NCBI GenBank assembly: GCA_964252035.1
Contig: OZ176209.1
DNA from: Podarcis erhardii
Taxonomy: Eukaryota
Direction: 5' to 3' (one strand)
DNA length: 64,000 nucleotides
Numbering within the stretch: the first letter of the stretch is position 1; each line of letters opens with the position of its first letter. Shown here in pieces: positions 63,188 to 64,000 of this stretch. Made by a program: the position numbers and the translations under genes. Under the pieces are notes generated by a model. It ran no database searches. It was not told where the DNA came from and saw nothing but the letters and a program-made list of their open reading frames with translations.

Positions 63188-64000
63188 TGCTGGCTTCTAT
63201 TTGTGTGGCCAGATCTTCCATTCTGGCTGCTGTGCACTGTTGTTGTTGTTTTTCAAACAGATCTTATTTTCCTGTTTCCCATTAGTGCTTTTAAGCATTT
63301 TGTGTTCAAAATGGGCAGCATCGTTTCTATTGGGCATGCAAAACAACCAAACAAACCCAGAAACCTGTATTGTACTGCAGCACATTATACATTGGAGTGT
63401 ATAGGTCTATCTTGCTCCATATTGTCTACACTAATTAGCCAGGGTTTCGGGCAGCAGAGATGGAATTTGGGACCTTCTGCATACAAGGCAGATGCTTTAC
63501 CACTGAACTATGGTCCTTCGCAAAGCATCCCATGGGGTTTCCTGCCTTTTAAGAAAGGAAAAGTGAACTCCTCTTGGCTTGTTCTAGAATAGGGCTCAGC
63601 AAAGTGAAATATTTTCTGTCGCCCAAGTGGGAAAATAGCTCAATTCCCCCCCCCCCCAATTGATCTCTTTTTAAAGTTTTTTTAGTTTTTTAGTTTTGAG
63701 CTCAATTCCAAAATTTGGATCCTGCCATGCCTGAGCCCTTAAATCAAGCTGAATTGCTGAGAGAATCCAGAGGAGAGTTGTTGGTTGTTCCGCCATGTTA
63801 CAGAGGCCCAACTGACCTCAACTAAAAACAAGGCATTGAGTGTCATTGGTTGTAAGAACATAAGAAGAGCCTACTGGATCAGGCCAAAGGCTGCAGATGA
63901 GGCTGTTGTTGTAAGAGGATGTTAAACTTATTATTGTTATTATTTTGCCAGGTTTCCTTTTGCTCCAACTGCGCAGAAATGTAACTAATGATGACAAACG

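Overview
This is vertebrate nuclear DNA from a squamate reptile, probably a lacertid lizard, judged from its SINE families. It is intronic or intergenic: I recognise no host protein-coding exon, RNA gene or CRISPR array. It is densely packed with transposable elements, often nested. These include 7 Sauria SINEs (most with target-site duplications, TSDs), 3 Squam3-like SINEs, tRNA-head/CR1-tail SINEs, CR1 and L2 3' fragments, a 5'-truncated L1, hAT and Tigger-like MITEs, a palindromic Penelope-like insertion carrying a minimal hammerhead ribozyme motif, and three solo LTRs with 5-bp TSDs. There is also one apparently full-length L2 LINE (50385-54946) with tandem 110-bp 5' monomers, no ORF1 and a single frameshift in ORF2. 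The most striking observation concerns two dissimilar solo LTRs (405 bp at 20271-20675; 823 bp at 54026-54848). Each has a minus-strand frame open from LTR nucleotide 2 that encodes an acidic low-complexity region followed by a shared ungapped 25-residue motif (TPxxxRxxxR[RK]ExR[RK]RxSxxx[LV]LxW). Eight of the 10 identical residues use different codons, which suggests a protein-constrained LTR-encoded accessory ORF. Family names come from recalled consensus features and by-eye comparison; no database search was run.
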